Shown here: positions 9,870 through 21,235 of the stretch, one piece after another
Layout of the letters: each line of letters opens with the position of its first letter
Numbering within the stretch: the first letter of the stretch is position 1
Assembly: GCA_963843145.1 (NCBI GenBank)
Contig: CAWJJC010000020.1
Location: forward strand, 544,001 to 608,000
DNA: 64,000 nt
Source: an uncultured delta proteobacterium
GTDB taxonomy: Bacteria; Desulfobacterota; RBG-13-43-22
Direction of reading: 5' to 3'
The notes under the pieces: model-generated
Told to the model about the DNA's origin: nothing
Databases searched by the model: none
Seen by the model: the letters and a program-made list of their open reading frames with translations, nothing else
Translations under genes and position numbers: made by a program

Positions 9870-11255
9870 TCAGCGGAACACTACAAGTGAAATCAGGGCA
9901 CCGCTAAGCACAATCCAGATAGTGTCTATCTTAACAAAGCGCTGCACCAGAAAAGCGGCTATGGCCATGGAAATGGCCGGGATGTCCACCAGGGTATCTC
10001 CGGCCAGCTTGACCAGCACAACGACCAGCGTTCCGATAAAGGCTGCCACGATACCCCCGATTACCTGCTTTACGTATCCCACTTGACCTGCTTTCGCGTA
10101 TGGAACTGCCACTACGGTCGTCATGGCCCAGGCCGGAAAATACATATTCACCATTCCCACCACTGCGCCGATAACACCGGCAACCTTATAGCCGATAAAC
10201 GTGCCGATGATGGTCACAGGTCCGGGGGTGATCAGGCTCAAAGCCAGTGCTACGGCAAATTGTTGATTGGTCAGCCAGTTGAACTGATCGACCACGGTAT
10301 CCTGTATGAAGGGGAGCATGGCGTAGCCGCTGCCGAAAACCAGGGCACCGATCCGGAGGAATTTGTCGCCCATCTGCATCAACTCCGGCCTTAGATGGAT
10401 TAGAAACAGGTCGACGGCCAGAATCAGACATAACCAGACGACCAGCATGGCGAATTTTCGCCAATGCAGAGACAAGGGTGCCCGGCTGCAGGCAGAGACA
10501 TATTCTGAATTATAAACCGGTGCGGCAGGCTGCAGATCGGATTTGCCGGCAGCGGCCCCCGGCTGCATTTTCTGTGTACTTGTGCCCCTGCCGGGATTAG
10601 CGGCCAGAGAAGTGCCTTTCTTCCATAGGCTGTTCCAATTGCCTGTCCAGCGGGACAGCACCGGAAAACAATGCGTGAGCAGAACCATTACCAGACTGGT
10701 GCTCCCGGCAATGAGCAAAATTTTGATCACCCCCATCTTGAACCAGAAGACCATGGCGAAGCCGACGACTGCCATTATCCAGTTGAATATGGTTTTGACA
10801 CTGGTCCTCCAGAGATTGAGAATAGTGTTAGAGACCAGGCCGACCACCAAAGCTCCCAGGCCACGAAAGAGGCCCGAAACAATAGGCATCTCCCCATACT
10901 CAAGATAAAGATGGGAAAGAAACAGCATGAGTAGAAAACATGGAATCAGAAAGAAAATCGTGGCTACCGCCGCCCCTGGCAACCCGCGCAGCCGGAAGCC
11001 CAAATAGGATGAAAGGTTCACCGTAGGCGCGCCTGGCATCAGTTGAGCCAGCCCCAGCCCCTGCATGTACTCATCGTCGCTGAACCATCTCCTCTTCTTT
11101 GTCATCCAATTCTTGGCTTCCCCGAGAGCCGCCAGGCTGAAAGAGGCCAACCCGATGCCAAGAAATGTGCGGGCAATATCCCATAATCTCACCGGCGAAG
11201 AACCATCTGTGATGAGCGCTTTCTGCTTTTCCAAATAGATTTCTCGTTTGTTCAT
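9870..11255 (-). CDS. chrA: Chromate efflux transporter (long-chain CHR)
   Basis: Two CHR halves: GLGLAQLMPGAP and FGSGYAMLPFIQ...ITPGPV; polar linker between them. Confidence 0.88.
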   Translation of the reverse strand: MNKREIYLEKQKALITDGSSPVRLWDIARTFLGIGLASFSLAALGEAKNWMTKKRRWFSDDEYMQGLGLAQLMPGAPTVNLSSYLGFRLRGLPGAAVATIFFLIPCFLLMLFLSHLYLEYGEMPIVSGLFRGLGALVVGLVSNTILNLWRTSVKTIFNWIMAVVGFAMVFWFKMGVIKILLIAGSTSLVMVLLTHCFPVLSRWTGNWNSLWKKGTSLAANPGRGTSTQKMQPGAAAGKSDLQPAAPVYNSEYVSACSRAPLSLHWRKFAMLVVWLCLILAVDLFLIHLRPELMQMGDKFLRIGALVFGSGYAMLPFIQDTVVDQFNWLTNQQFAVALALSLITPGPVTIIGTFIGYKVAGVIGAVVGMVNMYFPAWAMTTVVAVPYAKAGQVGYVKQVIGGIVAAFIGTLVVVLVKLAGDTLVDIPAISMAIAAFLVQRFVKIDTIWIVLSGALISLVVFR

Positions 11256-11307
11256 TTATGGACTTTCATATTTCTCGTCGTTCAAGATCGCGTTTGAAGA
11301 AAGGTTC

Positions 11308-11775
11308 TCATTTTCTCGCCCTCATATCATGAACCCCGAGACCGCCCGAAGCAAACTGCTCTAAGATAATCTCGTAAAACTTTCTTTTTTGTGATGAGGT
11401 AAGCAGTTCCTGTTCTTCGAGGATATGTTCGATTACCTGTCGTTCTAATTCCGACTGGTGGTCGAGGACCTGCTTGGCTGCCTCATAGATTTCATTCCTG
11501 TCGGCGGGCTCGGAGAAAAGAACCCGGGCAAGCTCCGCCCGTTCGCGGCGCAGACTCTGCCTGATCCCCTGAACCCTGGGCAGGAAAGTCTGCCGAATCT
11601 CCTGAACCTTTTCCCGTTGCTTCTTTGAAAGGTCGGGGATAAAGTCCAGATAGCCCTTGATGTCTGAGAGATTGGCTTTATTTCGCCTGGAGACGAAATA
11701 GAGGCCGAACAACACAGCCGCCGCCAGGAACAGGGCCGTTAAGAACCCGGCAAAAAATGCGTAGGATACACTCAT
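11308..11775 (-). CDS. Periplasmic heavy-metal sensor / Spy-CpxP-CnrX-like protein
   Basis: N-terminal anchor; LSKKQREK...LTSSQKRKF (LTxxQ-type repeats); all-helical. Confidence 0.75.
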   Translation of the reverse strand: MSVSYAFFAGFLTALFLAAAVLFGLYFVSRRNKANLSDIKGYLDFIPDLSKKQREKVQEIRQTFLPRVQGIRQSLRRERAELARVLFSEPADRNEIYEAAKQVLDHQSELERQVIEHILEEQELLTSSQKRKFYEIILEQFASGGLGVHDMRARK

Positions 11776-12206
11776 GGCAACATCCTTATTCTTTGCTTCG
11801 GTGGTTCAAGAAGCCTGAAATAAATAAAACTCATGGAAAGGGGCGGATAGTCGCTGAATTCCTCCAGGGTTCGAATGCCTTGACGGGGTCTCGAAGGAAT
11901 GAGGCTGAATATTTCTTCGGAAAGCCGCTCCAGGGCAAATTTAAAACGGGATGCGATCCGGGCAGGTTTCTCATCAGCCATCTTCGAGGCCGCTATCGCG
12001 GCCACCACAACCCTTCGGGAGAAATCCGGACTCGGATCATTTCCCGGCAGCCCATACACTAATTTATCTATTTTCCTGAATTCAAGAAGGCTTTCCCGGC
12101 ATTGGGGACAATCTTCAAGGTGTTTTTCAATAAACCGGAAGGTGGCGCCTTCCATCTCGTTGTCCATAAAGGCAGAGAGTTTTCTTTTGATCTGAGAGCA
12201 GTCCAT
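11772..12206 (-). CDS. Zinc-finger (zf-HC2) anti-sigma factor
   Basis: MDCSQIKRKLSAFMDNE...HLEDCPQC; lies directly downstream of an ECF sigma. Confidence 0.85.
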   Translation of the reverse strand: MDCSQIKRKLSAFMDNEMEGATFRFIEKHLEDCPQCRESLLEFRKIDKLVYGLPGNDPSPDFSRRVVVAAIAASKMADEKPARIASRFKFALERLSEEIFSLIPSRPRQGIRTLEEFSDYPPLSMSFIYFRLLEPPKQRIRMLP

Positions 12207-12215
12207 TTTTTTCCT

Positions 12216-12752
12216 TCACTTTTGATCAAGATATCGTTTGAGAGTCGTCCGGGCCCTGAAGAGCAACGACTCGACACTTTGAACACTGACCCCGAGAACA
12301 GCTCCAATCTCCCGATAGGTCAGCCCTTCGTTGGTGCGGAAGATCAGAGCCGCCCTTTGATTGTCGGGAAGTCGAGCCATGGCCGACATGATCTCTTCGA
12401 TCTCGTAATGGTCGGCGTGTCTGGAAAAAGTTTTTTCGGCACTGTCTTCCCCGTTTTGATACAAGGTCTCGTTCAGATTCCGTTGTCGCTTGCGGCGGCC
12501 TATCTCGGTCAGGGCCTGATTATAAGCGATCTGAAAAATCCAGGTCGAGACCTTCGCCTTGGCCTGAAACCGTGGGGCCGCACGGTATATTCTAAGAAAA
12601 ACCTCCTGGGTAATATCTTCCGCTTTAGACTGAACCCCGAATCTGGCGACGAAGGTCAACAGAGGGCCTTGGTACCGTTTGACCAAGGACTCGAATGCCT
12701 CCTGGTCACCACGTCCTGTGGCCTCAACCAGTTCAAGATCAGGGTCTACCAT
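12216..12752 (-). CDS. ECF RNA polymerase sigma factor
   Basis: AEDITQEVFLRIY...STWIFQIAYN (region 2); LPDNQRAAL...GLTYREIG...VESLLFRAR (region 4). Confidence 0.92.
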   Translation of the reverse strand: MVDPDLELVEATGRGDQEAFESLVKRYQGPLLTFVARFGVQSKAEDITQEVFLRIYRAAPRFQAKAKVSTWIFQIAYNQALTEIGRRKRQRNLNETLYQNGEDSAEKTFSRHADHYEIEEIMSAMARLPDNQRAALIFRTNEGLTYREIGAVLGVSVQSVESLLFRARTTLKRYLDQK

Positions 12753-12950
12753 CGGAATGAGCTTCGTCTCGGGATCAAATTTTTATCCAATTAAACGGTT
12801 AAACCTCCGAAGAAGGAGAAACTTGCGGTCTATATATAAAACTTTTCACTTTTATTTGGATGGTCAACAAGGCTAAAAAAAGGCATCTCAATGCCAAAAA
12901 GGCCTGGGTCTCTAAAGGTGTTGAAGGAGGGTGTTCTTTTTTGCTTTTCC

Positions 12951-14102
12951 CTAAGAAAACAGCCAAATGGAAAGAATACCGCCGATAATCACAATATACA
13001 GGAGGTCTATTTTTTTTATCAGGGCTATTAAGGCCACAACTCCCAGGAGAATCCTGATGATATCCCAGGGGACCGCTACGGCAAATTTGATCAAGACATA
13101 GAGCAACAGACCAACAAAAGAGGCCAGGATACCCTTGGTCGCCTTTAAAAATAGCGGTGAGGACTTTAATCGATCAAAGACAGGGTTTATGATAACCAGC
13201 ATTAAAAAGGAGGGCGTGAAAATGGAGAGCGTAGCCACCAGAGAACCCCAAAAACCATACAATAAATAGCCCACATAAGTAGCCGTAATGACAATGGGGC
13301 CCGGGGTGACCTGACCCAGGGCGATACCGCTCATAAAGGTCTTTTCATCCATCCATCCCCTAACTTCGACTACCTCATGAAGCATCAAAGGCAGCGAAGT
13401 AAAACCGCCGCCAAAGGCAAAAAGATCTATCTTCATCATTAAAGTAGATAAAATGAAGAAATTGAAATTAAAGAAATAAAGAATTATCAACCCCGCCAAA
13501 AGGATTAATAAAAGGAAGATAGTCGGTTTGATTTTCCATTGCTCCCCTTTACGGTCCGCTGCCGGGGAGGGCTGGGTATTTCTATATAAAAAAATACTGG
13601 CTAAACCGGCTCCCGGTATGACCAGAAAGGGACTGATCCCTATTCCCAGGGAGCCGGCTGCTGCAACAGCAATAATAATATTTTGGTAACGATGGGCGAT
13701 GCTTTTTCCAAAGGAATAGGTGGCCTGGGCAATGATGGCCACCACAATGACCTGAAGCCCGGCAAATAAGGAGTGAACAAAGGAGAGTTCATGATAGTTT
13801 TTGTATAAGACCGAAAATGCCAGCATTAAAATAAAAGCCGGCAGGCCGAACCCTACGTAAGAGGCCAGTGCCCCCTTTAGGCCTTTTATTCTTAATCCAA
13901 CATAACCGGCCATTTGCAAGGCCGTGGCCCCGGGTATGGATTGGCAGAGGACCACACCGTCCTTAAAGCGTCCCTCATTCAACCAATGATTCTTTTTTAC
14001 CGAAAGTTCCTTAATGTGGGCGATCATGGCCGGACCGCCGAAGGCGGTCAGGCCCAGCCGGAGAAAAGAAAAAAAGATTTTGGATAGGGAGGGGGAAGAC
14101 AT
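12951..14102 (-). CDS. chrA: Chromate efflux transporter (long-chain CHR), second paralog
   Basis: FLRLGLTAFGGP...QSIPGA and FAFGGG...GQVTPGPI motifs. Confidence 0.92.
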   Translation of the reverse strand: MSSPSLSKIFFSFLRLGLTAFGGPAMIAHIKELSVKKNHWLNEGRFKDGVVLCQSIPGATALQMAGYVGLRIKGLKGALASYVGFGLPAFILMLAFSVLYKNYHELSFVHSLFAGLQVIVVAIIAQATYSFGKSIAHRYQNIIIAVAAAGSLGIGISPFLVIPGAGLASIFLYRNTQPSPAADRKGEQWKIKPTIFLLLILLAGLIILYFFNFNFFILSTLMMKIDLFAFGGGFTSLPLMLHEVVEVRGWMDEKTFMSGIALGQVTPGPIVITATYVGYLLYGFWGSLVATLSIFTPSFLMLVIINPVFDRLKSSPLFLKATKGILASFVGLLLYVLIKFAVAVPWDIIRILLGVVALIALIKKIDLLYIVIIGGILSIWLFS

Positions 14103-14161
14103 TTAGACGTTAGGCCATATCCGGTAATGGAAGAAAATTCTGGTTAGGGAAGGGGAAGACA

Positions 14162-17100
14162 TTAAAGAATATTCAATCTCCCGACGATGGGGCCACTTCT
14201 CCGGCAGCGGCATTTGATCGGCCTCGAGCTTGGCGATGACGTCTTCAGCCAGACGACCGCATCCTCAAAAAGGGTATAAAATATGGGTACATAGAGGAGG
14301 TTAGAAAAGGTCGAAACCATCAGACCGCCTATGGCGACTACGGCCAGGGGAGAAAGGCGCTCCAAGCCGATGGCCGTTCCAGGGCGATGGGAAGCATCCC
14401 CACCGCCGTGCGAAAGCGGTCATGAGAATGGGTCTGGTGCGGACTCTCACACTTTCGCGTACGGCCTCGACTGTCGACAGGCCCCGTTCTTTGGCCTTTT
14501 CGATAAAGTCGATCAAGAGGATGGAGTTCTTTACGACGATGCCGGCTAAGAGTATGAGACCCATATTGGCCGAGATGGACTGCGTTTTGTTGGTGATCAG
14601 CAATGACCAGATGGCGCCTATCATGGCCAGGGGAATGGCCGTCATGATAGTCAGGGGATGGATAAAAGAGCGGAAGGCCGGAATGAGAGAAAAATAAAGG
14701 AGCACCATAGCGATGAGAAGGGCCGAGTTAAAGGCCGCGTGTTTTCGCTACTCTGCTTGGCGTCCCCTCCTGGCTGATGGTATCCGGGAGGGAGCTTGAT
14801 CCCCTTGAGGGACTTTTGCACATTGGCCATAATATGGGAGAGGTCGGCTTTTCCCGAAAGCCGTAAACATCGATGCTGTTCCGCATGGACTGCCGGGTGA
14901 GGAGGGTTGGCACATAGTTCGTAGTGATAGCGCCTAAAAGAGAAAGAGAGGATATCTCCCGAGAGGGGTCTGGACCGGAAAGATTCAAGCGTCGGCGATA
15001 CTTCGTGGACCGTATTTTTCAGCAGCCGGATCCGACCGGAAAACCGTCTTCGCCGGCCACGCGGAAGAGTGACGACACCCCGCCTTGTACGGCAGCCTGC
15101 ACCTGGGCGGCAATCTCCTTGCGGAGAGATGCCATAGTAGCTGCGAACGCTCGCGATTGGCAATAAAAAGGATTTCTTTCTTATCCAAAGCCCATGAAAG
15201 GGAGACGGACTTTAATCCCCGGAAGTCTGCAAAAGGCGTTTTTTACTTCCTCTCCGATCCGGTGAGAACCTTCTTGGATCGGTCCCGCTCACCATTGCGT
15301 CTACATGGAACGGATGCGTCGACATGGGCGTAGCGCCGTAATCGAAGACATCGATCGATTTGAGTCCCGGTGATCTTCAAGAAATTCTCGATTCATGCCT
15401 TTTCGATGTCCCACATGCCCTGCTTCCGATGAAAACGGTCGACCAGATTGACCGTAATGTTTCCCTGCTGTGGGTTCTTGCCGCTTCCAAAGGAGACCAC
15501 GGAGGGCTCGGAGCCGAGGGTGGCGCTGATGGATACCACGCCCTCCTGCGCTTTAATAATATCTTCCATTTTCTTGAGAGAATATCGTTGGACTGAGCCA
15601 AAGAGCGTGTTGGCATCGGCCTCGAAGTTGATTTTGATGATGCCCGTGTCCATGGGGGGCTGACGTTTCGACCTACCAGGGGCTGAACATACTTGCAGCG
15701 GTCACCGAGCAACAGAACAGCGGCCAGGCCGACAAAAAAAGAAGCGGTGCTTAAGCGCGGTATCGAGGCCGCCGCCGAAGAAGTCCCGTATACCGTTGAG
15801 CAGGCCGTCGCTCCCATGGGTAATCCACTGCCTCGAACCTGCTTTTTCCTTGGTTTGCTCCAGGATATAGGGGGCCAAGATGGGGATGATGGTCACCGAA
15901 ACGACATAGGAGGCAACCAGGGCAATCGAAAGGGACAGCGTCAAGGGACGAAGCACGGTCTGGACATACCCGCCAATGAAGATAATGGGCAGGAGCACCA
16001 CAATGGTGGCATAGGTGCCGGAAAATATGGCCAGCATGACCTCTTCGGTTCCCCCGGCAACGAGGTCTTTCAGATTCTTACCTTCGACTGGTAGTGCCGC
16101 TCAATGTTCTCGATCACCACGATGGCGTCATCCAGAAGCATTCCCACGGCCAGGATCACTCCGGTCAGGGTGACCATGTGGAATTCAAAACCAAACAGCC
16201 ACATAACGGCAAAGGTGATCAGATAGGTGAAGGGGATGGACACGGCACAGAGTGCCATAGCCCTTAGGTTTCCTAAAAAGAGGAATATGACGATAACGGT
16301 AACGATGACGGCTTCTCGAAGGGCTCCGAGCATGTCGTCGACGCTCCGGGTTATCAGGTTTTTCTGGGTATAGCTGACCTCGAAGTCGAATAGAGGGGTA
16401 AGGCGGCCTTAAGCGCGGGGAGATTGGCTTCGACGGCCAGAATAGGATCCAGGGTATGGCCGCTTTCGGTTCGAAGGATATTGATTCCTATGGCCTCTTT
16501 ACCGTTACCATGATAGGCGGATTGCGGTTCTTGTTCCGCGGGTTGAATTTTGGCTACATCCCTCAGGTGGACAATACCGCTATCCCGCCGGGCAATCACC
16601 AGATCGGCCAGTTCGCTCCGGGTAGCCGCCCCTTCCGTCTTGAACAGGTATTGGCCCTCTTTCCTAATGATAATCCCTTGAGGGATATTTTGATTCTGGG
16701 CGGATAACGGCGGCCATGACGTCGGTGATACCGATACCGAACCGGCTCAGGCAGTCCGGCTGCACGGAGACTGGGACTTCCGGCTGGTTGTGCGCCGAAC
16801 ACCTCCACATTGCCAACGTCGGGAATCCTGCAGAAGCTCCTCCTTGATCTGGTTGTCGGCCAGCTCCCGTACCTTCCGTAAGTCCAACAGATATCCCGGT
16901 TTCGGGAGTTAAGGCCAGGGTCATAGTCGGCTGGGTGGCCTGACTGATCTTAAATATCTGAGGAGGCCGAATCCCCTGAGGAAGACGGGCCGTAACCTTG
17001 CTTAAGGCATTGGCCACATCGGTGGCCGCCGCTTCCAGACCCTTTTGCGTATTCGAACTCCGCCAGGACCACCGACACCTCATCTTTGGAAGTGGAGGTT

Positions 17101-17343
17101 ACCGTCCGCACCTGGTCAATACTCGAGATTTCCTTCTCGATGACCCTGGTGATGTCCGTCTCCACATCTGGCCGCCGCCGCACCGGGCATGACGGTTACC
17201 ACGCTGATCTGAGGGCGGTCGGTATCAGGGAATAGGTTGAAGGGCATTTTTTGATACCCCATGATCCCCACGACAGAAAGGAGAATAACAAAAGACAGGA
17301 CCAGGTGGGGCTTTTCGATGTACCGCCTGACGAATTTCATCAT
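14162..17343 (-). pseudogene. RND efflux permease (AcrB/CusA family), broken by many frameshifts
   Basis: Collinear fragments: FNLFPDTDRPQISVVT, AVGMLLDDAIVVIENIERH, GLILLAGIVVKNSILLIDF...RTRPILMT, PLAVVAIGGLMVST. The breaks may be sequencing errors. Confidence 0.85.
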
Positions 17344-18479
17344 TTGCCCCCAGCTTTCGACATAGTGATTTTCATACCCTCGGAAAGGTTGAGGAGCTTG
17401 TTCTCCTGGGCGAGAGCCACCTGCGCACCGGCGGCGATATCTCCTTTCACCGCGGCCTGGCCCTTGGCGCTGCCGAGCACCTCAACCGGGCGAATGTGGA
17501 TAACCCCTTGGTTGACCAGGTAAATAAAAGCGCCTTTGGCCGTACGGACAATGGCGTTTTCAGGCACAATGATCCCGGATACACTGGATGTCACTATATC
17601 CACCCCGACCGTCGATCCGGTAGGAAGTCCGAAGGGGCTCTTCGGCAGAATGGCCTCGACGGAATCCAAAAAATTTTTGCCCAGGGCCGGATACACCTTT
17701 GTGACTGTCGCCGGCATAGTGCTCTGCCCGCTGCCGATCACCAGTTTCGTTCCCGGTCTTACCTGCCCGGCCAACTCCTGTGGTATCTGAACCAGAATCT
17801 TGACCGGAGAGGGCTGCTGGATGGTCAAAATGGTCTTACCGGGCAGGGCCAAGTCCCCCGGTTCAGCCGACCGTTTGGTCACCACACCGGAGAAAGGCGC
17901 CGATATCCGGGCATATCCGACCTGGAGCCTGGCGGCCTCCACGTTTCTTTCCAGTCCACGGATGCTGTCTGCATAGGCGTCTACCGCGGATTTTGCACTG
18001 TCGCGGGTCGCTTGGGAGCGTTCCAGGGCCTCTTTGGAGATCGCTCCCGCCTTATAAAGTTGCTCGTCCCGTTCGGTGACCGAACGCTGGGTTTCGTAAA
18101 CGCTTCGCGCCCCTGCCAGCCGCTGCTTACTGGCGAGCACCTCTGCCTGGCTCGATTCGGCCCTCGTTGACAGCTCACGGGCGTCGATGACGGAGACGAC
18201 TTCCCCCTTAGCGACCGTGTCACCCTCCCGCTTGCTGATCGAAACGATATAACCGGTAATGCGGGGGGCGAGATCAGCCAGAACGTATGGCTGGATCTCC
18301 CCAAGCTGCCTGTTCGTAACCTCGATGGTACCTTGAGCGGCCTGGGCGGTCTGGAGGGCCGGCGGCTGAGATGAGGGCTTGGGCAAAATGGCCAAGGCCA
18401 TTTGTTTGTTGATGACGATGGCTAGCCCTCCCAGAATGAGAGCCAGGGCTATTATGACCAGAACGATTTTTTTCTTCAT
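17340..18479 (-). CDS. RND periplasmic adaptor (membrane fusion protein)
   Basis: N-terminal anchor; lipoyl halves (APRITGYIVSISKREGDTV; ISAPFSGVV); IVPENAI. Confidence 0.92.
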   Translation of the reverse strand: MKKKIVLVIIALALILGGLAIVINKQMALAILPKPSSQPPALQTAQAAQGTIEVTNRQLGEIQPYVLADLAPRITGYIVSISKREGDTVAKGEVVSVIDARELSTRAESSQAEVLASKQRLAGARSVYETQRSVTERDEQLYKAGAISKEALERSQATRDSAKSAVDAYADSIRGLERNVEAARLQVGYARISAPFSGVVTKRSAEPGDLALPGKTILTIQQPSPVKILVQIPQELAGQVRPGTKLVIGSGQSTMPATVTKVYPALGKNFLDSVEAILPKSPFGLPTGSTVGVDIVTSSVSGIIVPENAIVRTAKGAFIYLVNQGVIHIRPVEVLGSAKGQAAVKGDIAAGAQVALAQENKLLNLSEGMKITMSKAGGK

Positions 18480-19817
18480 TGTAAATATTCCTCCAAGGTG
18501 CCGGTTGCCTTGCGAAAGGCCACCACGGCGGCGTTGTAATCAAAGAGCGCTTGGGTGTAGTTGGCGAGAGCGTTTATGGATGCCGCCTGGGCCAGAAGAA
18601 GGTCTATCATCGCTCCGGCGCCCGTATTATACCGCTGCTGTTCGATTCTGAAGGTCTCCTCCCCTTGGGCCACCGCCTTTTCTGCAGTGGAGACCCGGTT
18701 TCTGCTCTCATCGGCCGACGTGACGGCGTTGGACACTTCGAGGCCCAGTTGGTTGTCGGCAGCCAGAAGACGTTGGGAGGCCCTTTCCGTCTGCACGCGC
18801 TCTCGCGAAAGGTCGGCATAAAGGGAACGATCGAATAGGGGAAGGCTGAGAGTCACCCCGGCCATCCAGATGGTGTCGTTGTATGAGGGGGTGTAACCGG
18901 TCCAGCGGGTATCACTGGCAAAGAGGTTTATAGTTGGAAGGAGCCGGCCGAGGGCGAGCTTTTGATTCAGTTTCGCCTCTTCCACGGCCTTTTTGGCTGA
19001 AAGATATTCAGGTCTCCGTTCATGGGCTATGGCCAGACCTGATGAGAAATCCGTTTTGAGGTCATTCACAACCAGCCGGTCTCTTAGAGGCGGCAACGGA
19101 GTAACCATTTCCTGCCCATTCCCCATCAGGACCCAAAGGGTCGCGGAGGCATTTTTCCAGGCCTCTTCGGTCGCTAATAATCTTTGTTGTTCGTTGGCCA
19201 GTTGTACCTCCACCTTCAGCAGATCCAACCGGGCGACACGGCCCACATCGAGAAGCAGACGGGTGTTCTTGGTCTGTTCCTCCAGGGCCTGCACCTGGAC
19301 CTTTGAGGCCTTTTGTAACTCTTGAAGCTGGAGGATTTTGTAGTAGGCGTTTACCGTATTGGCAATGAGGTCGTTCTTCGTCTGGCCGGTGGTCAATACC
19401 TGGATGTCGCGCCGAATCTTGGCCAGGGATACCCCGGTTGTTACCTGCCCGCCCTGATAGATGGGCAGTGTCAGGGTCAGCCCCAGTGCGCTGTAAGTAT
19501 CACTGAAATGGGGTGGGATATTGACTGCCTGGGCTTGAATATAAGGAAAAGGCTCCTGACGTCTGGAATAGGAACCGTCCAGAGACAAACGGGGCCAATG
19601 CCTCCCCTCGGCCGACGTCAACCCTTCCTCGGCGCTTTTGATGGCCAGTCCGGCTTCGACAACGATCGGGTTTCTGGCCAGTGCGATCTTAAGGCATTCC
19701 TTCAACGTCAACCCATCACGGTTATCCTGTGCCGCCGCGGGCAACGATGGGTAACAACGACAGTAGCCAGAGGCTGAGCATCATCACGGCGCCGATCGGC
19801 TTCTTTTTTTGTTTCAT
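18476..19817 (-). CDS. TolC-family outer membrane efflux channel (signal-peptide region frameshifted; probable ATG at 19817)
   Basis: LTLKECLKIALARNP, LPIYQGG, DLLKVEVQLA, EQQRYNTGAGAMIDLLLAQ. Confidence 0.88.
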
Positions 19818-19874
19818 TCTAAACCCTCAATCCGATAGAATAAAAAAGTGGTCCAGACTATTAGTAGAAATATT

Positions 19875-21229
19875 TCAAAAATAATATCTGACCCTGAAAT
19901 CGACCCGATAATCATTCGGCTTCTCACCGAATTCGCTTCCCCTTGAACCCGTGATAAAAGCGGTCCTCAGACGCAGTTCCAGATTGGTAAACCCGGTGTA
20001 GACCAATTCAGGGGTTAGGGAAAAGCTCCTGTCGTCGATATTGGCCAGCATGGTTATGGCCGGGGTGAAGTAAAGGATATCCAAAGGTTCTTTCTGGCTT
20101 ACCCTCAGGTAAAGATAATTCGTTTCCGGAGTCTGCTTCCCGTAATTGCCCTGGGACAGGTTGTTGGCCCGGTTCAGCACAGAGGGATTGCCCGTTGTGG
20201 TATAAAGGCTATACCCCTTGTCTATATAGGAAAAGAAATCCTGCATCTCCTGGCTGCTGTACCCCTGGCCGTTCCGGTAATATTCGAGGATATACGTGGT
20301 ATCCCGGGCGGTAAGATACCTAAGGCCCAGCAGGGCATTGAAGGCATTGAAACTGGACTGGGACATATTCCCGTTGGGATCGACGGAGGTCTTGGTAAAA
20401 TTATTGATTAAGGAGAACTCTCCATGCAGTTCAAGGTTGGTGGAGACATTCCTGGAAAAGTCCAGGCCGTAGCGAGCGGTTTTGCTCCCCCCGGTCAGGA
20501 ACATCAAGTCGATATCGGTATCGTAAAGAAGAAAATAGAACTTCGCGGCCCCATTCAGATTTCCGGTCGACCCGAAATCATCATTGACGCCGACGTAGGC
20601 GGGTAGCAGGACCGGCGTAAAGGTAAAGGTCTTCAGGGCCTGCCCCTCCCAACTCTTGGTATAGTCTAACGAGGCGACAATATACCCTTCCCGGGCCAAC
20701 TCGGGATCATCGGGGTTCTTCGGCCGGTCGAGAAAGGCGGCTGGGTTCCAGGCATAGCCTTTGCCCCAATTGAGCGTTTTTTTGCCGAATTCGGTGATAA
20801 AGGTCGGTGAGGGTTTGAATGAGACATTGCCCTCGAAGACCAGAGTATTGCTGGCTGCCGTTTGATAGTTGTTGGTGTAGGATGTATTGGTTTTGATGTA
20901 AAAACGGGAGATGCCCTTCTCCAGGCTCCCTTCCAACTGGAGTGTTCCGTCGTATTCCGGCGTGGTCGCCCCTATCTTCCGGTTGTAAAAATTGAGTTTG
21001 TAAAGGGCGGCATTCTTATCCAGCCCGAAAAGAATGGGCATGGCCTCAAGATACCCCCCGAGATGATAGGGTTTCTTTTCGGTCTCCGAGACATCAAACT
21101 TGTATTCCTCGGCTTTATTTTCCTCTGAAAAGGCAGGAGTCCGAGCGTCATAAGCAGCAGGCAGCAGACAACCGACAACAAATAAAGCCTGCCGAAAATA
21201 CAGCGGATCCCCGTTCCTGATTTCTTCAT
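19875..21229 (-). CDS. Putative outer-membrane beta-barrel protein (frameshifted near the N-terminus)
   Basis: Signal-like N-terminus in ORF 20972-21229; GKKTLNWGKGYAWNP; alternating beta pattern; C-terminal RVRYYF. Confidence 0.7.
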
Positions 21230-21235
21230 TCTGCT

